Assembly (NCBI GenBank): GCA_964545065.1
Contig: CAZJEO010000001.1
Coordinates: 128,663-192,662, forward strand
Direction: 5' to 3'
Length of the DNA stretch: 64,000 nt
Source of the DNA: Candidatus Woesearchaeota archaeon
GTDB lineage: Archaea > Nanobdellota > Nanobdellia > Pacearchaeales > GW2011-AR1
The notes beneath the pieces were generated by a model. It was given only the letters and a program-made list of their open reading frames with translations, was not told the DNA's origin and did not search any database. The position numbers and the translations under genes were made by a program. Within the stretch, counting starts at the first letter, position 1, and each line of letters begins with the position of its first letter. Below, piece by piece: positions 54,653 through 64,000 of this stretch.

Positions 54653-55363
54653 ATGTTATACATAATTGGCTTAGGATTAAATCTTGGTGGAATTTCGCAG
54701 TTTGGACTTTCTGTTGTGAAGAAGTGTAAGAAAGTTTATCTCGAAAATTATACTGTTGAATTTAATTATTCAAAAGGTCAGTTGGAAGAAGCACTTGATA
54801 AAAAAATAATTGAAGCTGATAGGGAATTTGTTGAAGGTTTGGAAATTGTGGATGAGGCGAAAAAAATGGATGTTGCTTTACTTGTTTATGGTTCTCCGCT
54901 TACTGCTACGACTCATATTTCTTTAATTCAAGAAGCAAAAAGATTAGGAATTAAATACCAAGTGATTCATAATGCTTCTATCTTGGATGCGGTTGCTGAA
55001 ACTGGTTTACAACTTTACAAGTTTGGGAAAATTGCAAGTATGCCGGATTTTGAAGCAGACAGTTTTATGGATATTGTGAAAGAAAACCAATCTATTGGAG
55101 CGCATAGTTTAATTTTAATTGACATTGGATTGGAATTTAAAAAAGCAATTGAAAGATTGGAGAAAGTTGCTAATGAAAAAAATATTGAGATAGATAAATT
55201 AGTTGTTTGTTCAAAACTTGGAGCAAATGGAAAAAGAATACTTTATAATAAAATCAAAGATTTGCAGGATGAAGAAATTAGAGCTCCATTTTGTTTTGTG
55301 ATTCCTGGTAAATTGCATTTTGTTGAGAAAGAAGTTTTGGAAGGTTTTAATTCACAATTCTAA
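54653..55363 (+). CDS. dph5: diphthine synthase
   Basis: MLYIIGLGL N-terminus and tetrapyrrole-methylase-like layout typical of Dph5. Confidence 0.8.
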   Translation: MLYIIGLGLNLGGISQFGLSVVKKCKKVYLENYTVEFNYSKGQLEEALDKKIIEADREFVEGLEIVDEAKKMDVALLVYGSPLTATTHISLIQEAKRLGIKYQVIHNASILDAVAETGLQLYKFGKIASMPDFEADSFMDIVKENQSIGAHSLILIDIGLEFKKAIERLEKVANEKNIEIDKLVVCSKLGANGKRILYNKIKDLQDEEIRAPFCFVIPGKLHFVEKEVLEGFNSQF

Positions 55364-55865
55364 TAGGAAAATTCTTCTGCAGAAAAGGTCTAATTTCATC
55401 TGTATATTCACAAGATTCCATAATTTTAAAATCCAAGATTCTTCCTTTAGGGTCATTGTTTCCAAGAAAAGATAATGGATATTGTTTACAAACCTGAGGT
55501 CTTCTTGGATCTTCATGTATTTCACAACCTTTATTCTGTTCATAAAAAGGACAACTATCAGCACACAAATACATTCCTTGCTGAAACAATTTTAGCTGAA
55601 CAAGAGAGGGTTTTTGGACCTCAGAGCCATTTTTTAAAAGTAATTTAGGACTAGTTCTTTTTTTATAATCCCTTAAAGACGATTTATCTAATTGTTTTCT
55701 TTTAATAATAGGACTTCCTTTTTTCTGAAAAAGACTTAAAGAATTTTCATCTATCAAAATTTTGTATCTTTGAGTATCACAACAAGTTCCTGAGCATTCA
55801 CTACAAAATTTATCTGAAATAGATTTTGACATCCTTGCATGTATTTTTTCATCTAAGTAACCCAT
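55347..55865 (-). CDS. YkgJ/UPF0153-like Cys-cluster protein
   Basis: CSECSGTCC (CxxCxxCC) motif. Confidence 0.45.
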   Translation of the reverse strand: MGYLDEKIHARMSKSISDKFCSECSGTCCDTQRYKILIDENSLSLFQKKGSPIIKRKQLDKSSLRDYKKRTSPKLLLKNGSEVQKPSLVQLKLFQQGMYLCADSCPFYEQNKGCEIHEDPRRPQVCKQYPLSFLGNNDPKGRILDFKIMESCEYTDEIRPFLQKNFPIRIVN

Positions 55866-56038
55866 ATTTTCTAGGATGTCATAAGATTTAAAAAGTTATT
55901 GTTTTTATATAAAACATGGCTATGAAATCAATAAGTGATATTGAAATTTCTATCATAGCTAGCATTATAATTAAATAAGCAAACTGGCTTTTGGTTTGCA
56001 TCAATCATTTTAAAAATATTAAATACCATATAATAATT

Positions 56039-58861
56039 ATGTCTACAATTGATGAACAAGAATTGGAAATTTTAGAATTTTGGAAAAAAAATAAGACTTT
56101 TGAGAAATCGCTCAAGAAAACTAAGAGTAAAAAGCCGTATGTTTTTTATGATGGTCCTCCTTTTGCTACTGGGCTTCCGCATTATGGCCATATTCTTGCT
56201 TCTGTTTTAAAAGACGCAATTCCCAGATTTTGGACAATGAATGGAAGATATGTAAAAAGGATTTGGGGATGGGACTGTCATGGATTGCCTATTGAAAATA
56301 TTGCTGAAGCTGAATTAGGAATTGTTTCAAAAGATGAAATTGAAAAAATGGGTGTTAAAAAATTCAATGATTTTTGTAGGAGCAAGGTTTTGACTTATGC
56401 TTCTGAATGGAAAAAAACAGTGGAAAGAATTGCGAGATGGACTGAATTTGATAATTCTTATAAAACAATGGATAACGATTATATTGAAAGCGTGTGGTGG
56501 GCATTTAAACAATTATATGATAAAGACTTGGTCTATGAAGGTGAAAAAATATTAATGTACTGTCCAAGATGTGAAACGCCGCTTTCTAAATCAGAAATTG
56601 CCATGGATAATTCATATAAAAATGTGAAAGATAATTCAATTACAGTTAAATTTAAACTAGTTGGAGAAGAAGTATATGCTTTGGCATGGACTACGACTCC
56701 GTGGACACTTCCAAGTAATTTGGCTTTGACTGTTAATCCCAAATTAAAATATCAATATGTGAAAGATAAATCTGATGGAACAATTTATATTCTTGCCAAG
56801 GATTTAGTTGGAAAATATTTCAAGGAAAAGAGCGAATATACTCTTGTAAAAGAAGTTTCTGGCAAAGACTTAGTTGGGAAAAAATATGAACCATTGTTTC
56901 CTTATTTTGAAGATATTAAAACCGCGTTTAAAATTGTTCCTGGAGATTTTGTGACGGCTGAAGATGGAACTGGAATAGTTCATACTGCTCCTGCTTTTGG
57001 GGAAGAAGATTATAATATTTCTAAAGAGCATGGAATTGGTTTGGTTCAACCGGTTGATGATCAGGGAAAATTTACAGAAGATATCGTTGATTTTGCTGGA
57101 GATTATGTTTTTGATGTAAATAATAAAATAATAGATTTTCTTAAAAAAGATGGGAAAATTGTCAAAGTAGAAAGTACTGAACATGAATATCCTTTTTGCT
57201 ATAGATGTGAAACGCCTTTAATGTATCGGGCTATTCCTTCTTTATTTGTAAATATTCAAAAAGTAAAATCTTTGCTTTTGAAATTAAATAAAAATATTAA
57301 TTGGTATCCTGAATTTTTAAAAGAAGGGCGGGTAAAGCATAATCTTGAATCTGCTCCTGATTGGAATATTTCTAGGAACAGGTATTGGGCTAGTGCTATT
57401 CCTATGTGGAAATGTGAATGTGGAGAAATCAAAGTTATTGGGAGTATTAAAGATTTAAAAAAAGCCTCTGTTAAATCTCTTAAGGGAAAAATTGATTTGC
57501 ATAAAGATTACTTGGATAATGTTCAACTGAAATGTAAGTGTGGTAAAAAAATGAATCGTGTTTCAGAAGTAATGGATTGCTGGTTTGAATCTGGTTCTAT
57601 GCCTTTTGCTCAGTATCATTATCCTTTTGAGAACAAGAAAGAATTCGAAAGAAATTTCCCTTCGCAATTTGTTGCCGAATATATTGGACAAACTCGTGCT
57701 TGGTTTTATTACATGAATGTCATGTCTGCAATTTTATTTGAGAAAATTCCTTTTGAAAATGTTCTAACTACTGGAACTATTCTTACAGAAAACGGGATGA
57801 AAATGTCAAAAAGTAAAAAGAATTTCCCAGATCCTTGGTTAATTTTTGAAAAATACGGTGTTGATGCATTGAGATTTTACTTATTGGCTTCTCCAGTAAT
57901 GAATGCTGATAATCTTAATTTTTTAGAAAAAGGTGTTGAAGAAATTTACAAAAAAGTTATTCTTCTTTTGAATAATGTTAATAATTTTTATTTGATATAC
58001 AAATCTAATGTTGCTGCTAGTGCTAATTCAAAAAATATTTTAGATAAATGGATTATTTCAAGATTAAATCATACAATTGAAGAAGTTACTCAAAATATGA
58101 GGAATTATAATACTGTAAAAACTTGTTCAGAGATAAGAAGTTTTATTGAAGATTTATCTACTTGGTATTTACGAAGGAGCAGAAATAGATTTAATGGGGG
58201 AAAAGATGCAGAAAAAACTTTGAAGTTTGTTTTGAATGAATTTTCTAAAATTATTGCTCCAATACTTCCATTTATTTCTGAAAAAATTTATCTGGCAATA
58301 AATTCAAAAGAATCTGTTCATTTACAAAATTGGCCAAAAGAAAATAAAAAAAGAATAAATAAAAAATTAGAAAAAGATATGGCTTTGACTAGGGAAATTG
58401 TATCTCTTGCATTAAAGGAAAGAGAAATTTCTAAAATCTCGTTAAAGCAACCCCTTGCAGAATTAAAAATTTCTGGGGCAGATTTATCCAAAGAGTATTT
58501 AGAATTAATTAAGGAAGAAGTTAATATTAAAAATGTTAAAATAAAAAAAGGAAAAGAAATTTCTGTTGAGCTCGACACAGCAATGACACCCGAACTTGAG
58601 GCTGAAGGTTATGCTCGAGAGTTGTCGAGGCAGATTCAGTCGTTTAGAAAAAATCTTGGTTTGCAAAAAAAAGATAGAGTTGAAACTTTTGTAATTGTCG
58701 ACGACGAATTCAAAAATATTCTTGAAAAGCAAAAAAAGTTTATTAAAGAAAGAACTAATTCTAAAAAACTTGGATTTGTTACAACTGGCAAGGAAAGATT
58801 TAAAAACAAAACCGACTTTAGAATTAAAGAGAAGAAAGGTTGTATAGCTATTGTAAAATAA
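56039..58861 (+). CDS. ileS: isoleucyl-tRNA synthetase
   Basis: Class I HYGH (PPFATGLPHYGH), WNISRNRYWASAIP, KMSKS (GMKMSKSKKN). ATG at 56039. Confidence 0.85.
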   Translation: MSTIDEQELEILEFWKKNKTFEKSLKKTKSKKPYVFYDGPPFATGLPHYGHILASVLKDAIPRFWTMNGRYVKRIWGWDCHGLPIENIAEAELGIVSKDEIEKMGVKKFNDFCRSKVLTYASEWKKTVERIARWTEFDNSYKTMDNDYIESVWWAFKQLYDKDLVYEGEKILMYCPRCETPLSKSEIAMDNSYKNVKDNSITVKFKLVGEEVYALAWTTTPWTLPSNLALTVNPKLKYQYVKDKSDGTIYILAKDLVGKYFKEKSEYTLVKEVSGKDLVGKKYEPLFPYFEDIKTAFKIVPGDFVTAEDGTGIVHTAPAFGEEDYNISKEHGIGLVQPVDDQGKFTEDIVDFAGDYVFDVNNKIIDFLKKDGKIVKVESTEHEYPFCYRCETPLMYRAIPSLFVNIQKVKSLLLKLNKNINWYPEFLKEGRVKHNLESAPDWNISRNRYWASAIPMWKCECGEIKVIGSIKDLKKASVKSLKGKIDLHKDYLDNVQLKCKCGKKMNRVSEVMDCWFESGSMPFAQYHYPFENKKEFERNFPSQFVAEYIGQTRAWFYYMNVMSAILFEKIPFENVLTTGTILTENGMKMSKSKKNFPDPWLIFEKYGVDALRFYLLASPVMNADNLNFLEKGVEEIYKKVILLLNNVNNFYLIYKSNVAASANSKNILDKWIISRLNHTIEEVTQNMRNYNTVKTCSEIRSFIEDLSTWYLRRSRNRFNGGKDAEKTLKFVLNEFSKIIAPILPFISEKIYLAINSKESVHLQNWPKENKKRINKKLEKDMALTREIVSLALKEREISKISLKQPLAELKISGADLSKEYLELIKEEVNIKNVKIKKGKEISVELDTAMTPELEAEGYARELSRQIQSFRKNLGLQKKDRVETFVIVDDEFKNILEKQKKFIKERTNSKKLGFVTTGKERFKNKTDFRIKEKKGCIAIVK

Positions 58862-58980
58862 TCACTGGTGGGTGATTCAGAAGCCTTATGTTTTGTAAGA
58901 ACTTTTGAATTATAACAATCTTTAAAAAGAAAAAGGGGCAATAAGAAATAACATGATAAAATATTTCGGGGGGTTGATTA

Positions 58981-59787
58981 ATGATAGTCAAAGATGAATT
59001 TTTGAGTCGGTTGAGAAAGATTTTTGATTTGAATCTATATGAAGTGAAAGTTTGGGCTGCGTTGCTTTCTCGAGGGACTTCGACTGCAGGAGAGTTAAGT
59101 AATATTTCTGATGTTCCTAGAAGTCGAACTTATGATATTTTAGAAAGTTTAGAAAAGAAAGGATTTATTATTATGAAACTTGGTAAGCCAATAAAATTTG
59201 TTGCTCTGAAACCTGGAGAAGTTGTTGAGAGGGTTAAGAAAAATTTGGTAAGGTATGCGAATGAGAAAGTTGATAGGCTTGAGAAATTGAAGGATGATGA
59301 GGTGCTTGAAGAATTGAATAGTTTGTTTACAAAAGGTATTAAATTTGTGGAGCCGTCTGATTTATCTGGAAGTTTGAAAGGAAGACAGAATTTGTATAAT
59401 CATTTGGATATGATGGTTAGGGATGCAGAGAAAACAATTACGATTGTTACAACAAATGAGGGGCTTAATAGGAAGTTGGAAGCGTTGATGCCGAGTTTGG
59501 AAAAGTGCAAGAAGCGAGGAATAAAGGTGAGAATTGCTGCTCCGATTGATTCGAACAATATAAAAGTTGCTCGGGAATTGAAGAAAGTTGCAGAAGTAAA
59601 GAAACTAGAAAATATGAAAGCAAGGTTTATTATTATTGATTCTAACCAGGTTATGTTTATGCTTCTTGATGATGAGAAGTTTCATCCTAATTATGATATT
59701 GGTGTTTGGGTTAATACAGAATTCTTTGCTCAAGCATTAGAGCAGATGTTTGAACTTGTATGGAAAGACATGAAAGCTGTTAAATAA
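58981..59787 (+). CDS. TrmB-family transcriptional regulator
   Basis: N-terminal wHTH VWAALLSRGTSTAGELSNISDVPRSRTYDILESLEKKGF. Confidence 0.65.
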   Translation: MIVKDEFLSRLRKIFDLNLYEVKVWAALLSRGTSTAGELSNISDVPRSRTYDILESLEKKGFIIMKLGKPIKFVALKPGEVVERVKKNLVRYANEKVDRLEKLKDDEVLEELNSLFTKGIKFVEPSDLSGSLKGRQNLYNHLDMMVRDAEKTITIVTTNEGLNRKLEALMPSLEKCKKRGIKVRIAAPIDSNNIKVARELKKVAEVKKLENMKARFIIIDSNQVMFMLLDDEKFHPNYDIGVWVNTEFFAQALEQMFELVWKDMKAVK

Positions 59788-60081
59788 AAGAGTATAGATG
59801 GTAATAAAAAAAGTTAAAAAAAGGAGCCAAATTATATTTTATGGTATATAATCTCATTAGCAGTTACTTTATTATTTCATTATCTTGTTCTCTCTAGATT
59901 AGAATTGTATTCAACACTCCATGTGTTTTTCTCTTCCCTCTTTTTCACTGTTTTTAATGGGGGTTCTTATGAGCTTCGTTGATAAAGACAGTAAATAAAA
60001 GGGAATTTATTTGCAATTATACCTGTTAAGAATTTATTGAGAAAATAATTCTAAAATATAAAATAAAAAAATTAAGCAAAT

Positions 60082-60288
60082 TTATTGCTTAAGAATTGCC
60101 AAAACTGCGCTTAGTGCTGTTGTTACTACAACTATCCAACCAGCAATCTTTGCAACTATGTCACCACCAAGCCAAATAGGTAATGTTAATGTTCCTCCAA
60201 TCATAGCAAAACCTACTGCTAATGCTACGATAACTCCTGTTAACCAAGCAACAAAGTTCAGTACACCTTTTACGTTTTTTCCTACCAT
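60082..60288 (-). CDS. small two-TM membrane protein
   Basis: 68 aa, hydrophobic. Confidence 0.3.
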   Translation of the reverse strand: MVGKNVKGVLNFVAWLTGVIVALAVGFAMIGGTLTLPIWLGGDIVAKIAGWIVVVTTALSAVLAILKQ

Positions 60289-60364
60289 TTCTACCTCCTT
60301 TTTATTTAATTATCATTATACTAAATAAAAATAGTTTATAAGTTTTATTAAAAATAAAAAATAA

Positions 60365-60814
60365 TTATTTTTTCTTCTTAGTTGATTTCTTTGATGTAGG
60401 TTTTTTCCTTACAACTTTCTTTTTTACAGCAGGTTTTTTCTTTGCAACAGGTTTCCTCTTCACTGATTTTTTCTTGTTTCCAGGACCTGTTATTCCGGAA
60501 AGGGTTGCTCTAAAACCAATTGGTGCTTGTGCTGATGTAAGTCTTGCTGCTTTCTCTGCTAATACTCTTGCCCGTGCAATATTCCTTCTTATCTCTGTAT
60601 CTAATCTGTGAAGTTCGGCATTAGCTTTTCTCGTAGAGGACATTAAAGCTCTCTCTGAAATCTTACCAAAGAAAAATCTTTTACATTCACCAGTAAAATC
60701 ATCTAGAAGCCCTTGCTTTTCATCTTGTCGTGCTCGAATTGTTTCTCCTGCAACATTAAAATCTTTTAAAAGTTGTGCGAAAAAAGATTCATTCATCTTT
60801 TTTGATTGAGCCAT
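60365..60814 (-). CDS. protein with Lys/Pro/Ala-rich histone-H1-like C-terminal tail
   Basis: C-terminal KKKSVKRKPVAKKKPAVKKKVVRKKPTSKKSTKKKK. Confidence 0.4.
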   Translation of the reverse strand: MAQSKKMNESFFAQLLKDFNVAGETIRARQDEKQGLLDDFTGECKRFFFGKISERALMSSTRKANAELHRLDTEIRRNIARARVLAEKAARLTSAQAPIGFRATLSGITGPGNKKKSVKRKPVAKKKPAVKKKVVRKKPTSKKSTKKKK

Positions 60815-60874
60815 TTAAATTTCTTTTTAACCTCCTTTTAATTTGAAAGAAAAAAGGGTTTAAATAAATTTTGA

Positions 60875-62575
60875 TTACATCTTTTCGATTGCATCAATAC
60901 CAAGAAGTTGCAGAGAGTTTTTCAAGATCTGCCTGAATGCTTGAACCAATGCTAATCTGAATGCTTCTTGTTTTGAACCGATTACAGGACAAGCGTGATA
61001 GAATTCATTGAATATCTGAGCTAGTTGGTAAGAATAATTTGCAAGAACAGATGGAGCTAAATTTTTGTAAGAATTCATAACAATGTCGGGGAACTCTGCA
61101 AGTTTTTTTACTAATTCTAATTCTTTTGGTTCTAAATTATAGACTTTGAATTTGTCTTGGTTTTTTGTTTTTTTGAGAATGGAACTTGCTCTTGCATAAC
61201 TGTATTGGATGTATGGTCCGGTGTCTCCTTCGAAATTGATTGATTCTTTTGGATTAAAGACCATGTCTTTTTTTACATCTATTTTAAGAAGCATGTATTT
61301 TATAGCCGCTAATGCTATTTTCAAACTTCTTTTTTCTAACTCTGTTTTGGGCAATTTACTTCTTGAGTTTAATTCTTTTTTTACTAACTCTTGAGTCTCT
61401 TCAATAATATCATCTGCGTCAACGACATTCCCCTCACGTGATTTCATTTTTCCTTCAGGAAGATTTACCATCCCGTGAGAAAGATGTATGAGTTTATCTT
61501 TGGAGTGGCCTAACTTTTCTAAAATTGAAAATAATATTCTGAAATAATATTCTTGTTCATTTCCTACGACATAGATTGATTTATCTAGCCTGTAATTTTT
61601 AAATTTTAATTCTGCGAGTGCTATGTCTTGAGTTACATAAACAGAAGTTCCATCATTTCTCAACAGAACTTTTTCTCCTAATCCTTCGTCCTCTAAATTA
61701 ATAATTACTTTTCCTTCTTTTGTCTTTTGGAAGATCCCTTCTTTCACAGCATTTAAGATTGTTTTCTTTCCTCTTTTGTAAATTTTACTTTCATAATATT
61801 CTATATCAAATTTTATTCCTAATTTTTTGTAAGTTTCTTTAAAACCATTCAATGCCCAATTATTCATTAATCTCCATAACAAAAGAGTGTTTTGGTCTTT
61901 ATCTTCCCACTTCTTTAATAATTCCTGTGCTTCTTTTTCTAATTTTTTAGTTTTCTTTTTATTGAACATTGTGTAGAATTCTCCGACAAAATGATCTGAT
62001 TTGATTTTTTTATCTGTCGGTGTTTTTTCTCTTCCCCATTTTTGATATGCGAGCATTGATTTGCAAATATGGATGCCCCGATCATTATTTATATTTGCTC
62101 TGACAATTTTTTCCCCGTTAAATTCAGAGATTCTTGAAACTGATTCTCCAATTGAAATATTTCTCAAGTGTCCTAAGTGGAGGGGCTTATTTGTATTTGG
62201 TTGTGCAAACTCAACCATTGTGTGTTTTTTTGCACCCTCTTTACTCTTTCCGTATTTTTCCTTCTGCGTCAAAATTTCCCAGACTGTTTTTCTTGCAAGG
62301 TTTTTTCTGTTTAAGAAAAAATTAACATAGGGTCCAGAAGTTTGGATGTCGTTAAAATCCATTATAGGATGATTCCCGATATGAGATCTTATTTGTAAAG
62401 CGATTTGGTTTGGTGTTTGTTTGAGTTTATCTGCCAGGAAAAAACAAGGAAAAGCATAATCTCCCATTTCTTGGTTTGGCGGGACTTCTAATAGGTTGTT
62501 AATTTCTTCATCTTTTAATTCAATTTTCTCTTTTTTTAATGCTTTTTTGAGAACTTTTATGACTAGCTCTTTCAT
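60875..62575 (-). CDS. argS: arginyl-tRNA synthetase
   Basis: PNTNKPLHLGHLRN (class I HIGH variant typical of ArgRS). 566 aa. Confidence 0.85.
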   Translation of the reverse strand: MKELVIKVLKKALKKEKIELKDEEINNLLEVPPNQEMGDYAFPCFFLADKLKQTPNQIALQIRSHIGNHPIMDFNDIQTSGPYVNFFLNRKNLARKTVWEILTQKEKYGKSKEGAKKHTMVEFAQPNTNKPLHLGHLRNISIGESVSRISEFNGEKIVRANINNDRGIHICKSMLAYQKWGREKTPTDKKIKSDHFVGEFYTMFNKKKTKKLEKEAQELLKKWEDKDQNTLLLWRLMNNWALNGFKETYKKLGIKFDIEYYESKIYKRGKKTILNAVKEGIFQKTKEGKVIINLEDEGLGEKVLLRNDGTSVYVTQDIALAELKFKNYRLDKSIYVVGNEQEYYFRILFSILEKLGHSKDKLIHLSHGMVNLPEGKMKSREGNVVDADDIIEETQELVKKELNSRSKLPKTELEKRSLKIALAAIKYMLLKIDVKKDMVFNPKESINFEGDTGPYIQYSYARASSILKKTKNQDKFKVYNLEPKELELVKKLAEFPDIVMNSYKNLAPSVLANYSYQLAQIFNEFYHACPVIGSKQEAFRLALVQAFRQILKNSLQLLGIDAIEKM

Positions 62576-62678
62576 AAAACCTATAGTTCATCTTCATTTT
62601 TATATGTTATGTAATTCGTAGCAAATAACACAAAAAATAGGACATAAAATTTATATAACCGATTTATCTAAGTACATC

Positions 62679-63575
62679 ATGAAATATGATGTTGTTATTA
62701 TTGGAGCAGGTCCGGCGGGATTGACTGCAGGACTTTATGCTGTAAGGAGTGGTTTGAAAACATGTGTTGTGTCAAAAGATATTGGAGGGACTGCGAATTC
62801 TATCTTGATGCTGGATAATTGGCCTGGTTTTAGTGGCAAGGGTGTAGATCTGATGAAACAGTTTTATGAACAGTTGAAAAAATATGATGTTGATTTTATT
62901 ATGGGGGATGTCAATAAAATTGAAAAAAAGGGTGAAGAATTTTCTGTGAATGTTGGAAAGCAAGAAATAGAAAGTAAGGTTATGATTTTAGCAACAGGAA
63001 CAGAAAGAAGAAAATTGAAAATTCCGGGCGAGGAGAAGTTTAAAGGAAAGGGTGTGAGTTATTGCGTGACGTGTGATGCTTTCTTTTTTAAGGATAAAAT
63101 AGTCGCGGTTATTGGGGGGAGTGACTGTGCTGCGACATCTGCTTTAGCTCTGACAGACTTGGCTAAAAAAGTGTATGTTATTTACAGAGGGGAAAAACTG
63201 CGATGTGAAGATATTAATTCAAAAAGATTAGAAAAGAAAAAAAATGTGGAAATAATTTATAACTCAATCCCACGAGAAATTAAAGGTGGCACAAAAGTTG
63301 AGAGTTTTATTTTAGAAGATGGGAAGGAAATCTCAGTTGATGGGATATTTATTGAGATAGGTTCTGTGGCGTTAACAAAAATTTTCAATAATTTGGGTTT
63401 AAAACTTGACAAAGAAAAATATATTGTTGTCGACGAGAAAATGGCAACATCTGTTGAAGGAATTTTTGCAGCAGGAGATGTGACAAATTTCAAACTAAAC
63501 CAAATTGTTGTTGCTGCAAGCCAGGGTGCGATTGCTGCGAAGAGTGCTTATGAACAGATTAAGGAGAGAAAATAA
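62679..63575 (+). CDS. trxB: thioredoxin reductase
   Basis: GAGPAG FAD motif and CVTCD redox-active disulfide. Confidence 0.85.
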   Translation: MKYDVVIIGAGPAGLTAGLYAVRSGLKTCVVSKDIGGTANSILMLDNWPGFSGKGVDLMKQFYEQLKKYDVDFIMGDVNKIEKKGEEFSVNVGKQEIESKVMILATGTERRKLKIPGEEKFKGKGVSYCVTCDAFFFKDKIVAVIGGSDCAATSALALTDLAKKVYVIYRGEKLRCEDINSKRLEKKKNVEIIYNSIPREIKGGTKVESFILEDGKEISVDGIFIEIGSVALTKIFNNLGLKLDKEKYIVVDEKMATSVEGIFAAGDVTNFKLNQIVVAASQGAIAAKSAYEQIKERK

Positions 63576-64000
63576 ATGTCTGTATTTGATAATATTGAAA
63601 AAAATTTAAAAAAAGTACCAAATCTGACAGATGCAGAAAAAAAAATATTATTAAATTATAAAGCTATTAACAAAGCAGAACTAAGTGTTAATGGAAAAGC
63701 ATATGAAGCATTTAGAATTATTCATAATAATTCTCTCGGGCCAGGAAAAGGAGGCATAAGATTTCATCCTGATGTTTCAGAAGATGAAGTTAAATCATTG
63801 GCTTTTTGGATGAGTTTAAAAAATTCTTTGGTGGATTTGCCTTTTGGCGGTGCTAAGGGGGGTGTGAAAATCAATCCAAAAGAATTAGGCAACCAAGATA
63901 TTGAAAAAGTGAGCAGAGCTTACATACAAGCTTTCCATGAATGGCTTGGGGAGAACAAAGATATTCCTGCTCCAGATGTTTATACCAATGCACAAGTGAT
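63576..64000 (+). CDS. gdhA: glutamate dehydrogenase (3' end truncated by the window edge)
   Basis: GGIRFHPDV and GGAKGG motifs. Confidence 0.85.
   Translation, partial: MSVFDNIEKNLKKVPNLTDAEKKILLNYKAINKAELSVNGKAYEAFRIIHNNSLGPGKGGIRFHPDVSEDEVKSLAFWMSLKNSLVDLPFGGAKGGVKINPKELGNQDIEKVSRAYIQAFHEWLGENKDIPAPDVYTNAQV

Noticed and set aside
1-64000. CRISPR arrays, rRNA genes, obvious IS transposase or integrase genes
   Set aside because: No regularly spaced short repeats were seen. No long GC-rich rRNA-like tracts were seen. No ORF with DDE, tyrosine-recombinase or serine-recombinase signatures was recognised.

Overview
This window is a low-GC (~33%) archaeal chromosome segment with a DPANN-like compact gene set. 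Reading 5' to 3' it contains the following. (1) A copper/metal-homeostasis locus (1-7743): a CuA-type cupredoxin (5' truncated by the window edge), a ferredoxin, a CcdA-like thiol-disulfide transporter, an ArsR/SmtB regulator, His- and Met/His-rich small proteins, a TRASH/YHS protein, an HMA chaperone and a CopA P1B-ATPase. (2) A two-gene AbiL/RloB-type putative abortive-infection module (AAA_21 ATPase + RloB-like, 7924-9770) facing a RecQ helicase. (3) A direct-repeat-flanked, GC-richer cassette encoding a signal-peptide-bearing tandem HU-like DNA-binding protein. (4) A methyltransferase bracketed by a ~110-nt duplication that includes a truncated copy of the neighbouring gene. (5) A nucleotide-synthesis supercluster (16.5-25.9 kb): NrdR boxes, nrdR, class III RNR nrdD with its glycyl-radical peptide encoded as a separate downstream mini-ORF, nrdG, a ThyA-like/dCMP-deaminase multidomain fusion, an HD protein, thioredoxin, tRNA-Lys, and a class II RNR fused to a C-terminal CYTH domain. 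(6) The conserved transcription/translation block (rpoH, unsplit rpoB, apparently unsplit rpoA, nusA, S12, S7, aEF-2, inserted small genes, aEF-1alpha). (7) dnaG, a surface protein, pcm, smc, rnhB, an Ogt-like gene, tRNA-iMet, tRNA-Ser, a serine hydrolase, dtdA, tsaC/sua5, dph5, ileS, a TrmB regulator, argS, trxB and the start of gdh. The most unusual signal is a family of short GC-rich insertions sharing a CCCAAGG(G/AGG)GATGA core. Each copy sits next to a duplicated gene terminus (tRNA-Lys 5' end, tRNA-iMet 3' end, a partial tRNA-Ser copy, and the last 13 codons of smc, which are duplicated with synonymous changes). One copy is inserted in-frame inside copA. A related 29-nt repeat occurs in-frame inside nusA and in the arsR upstream region. 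No CRISPR array or rRNA was seen.
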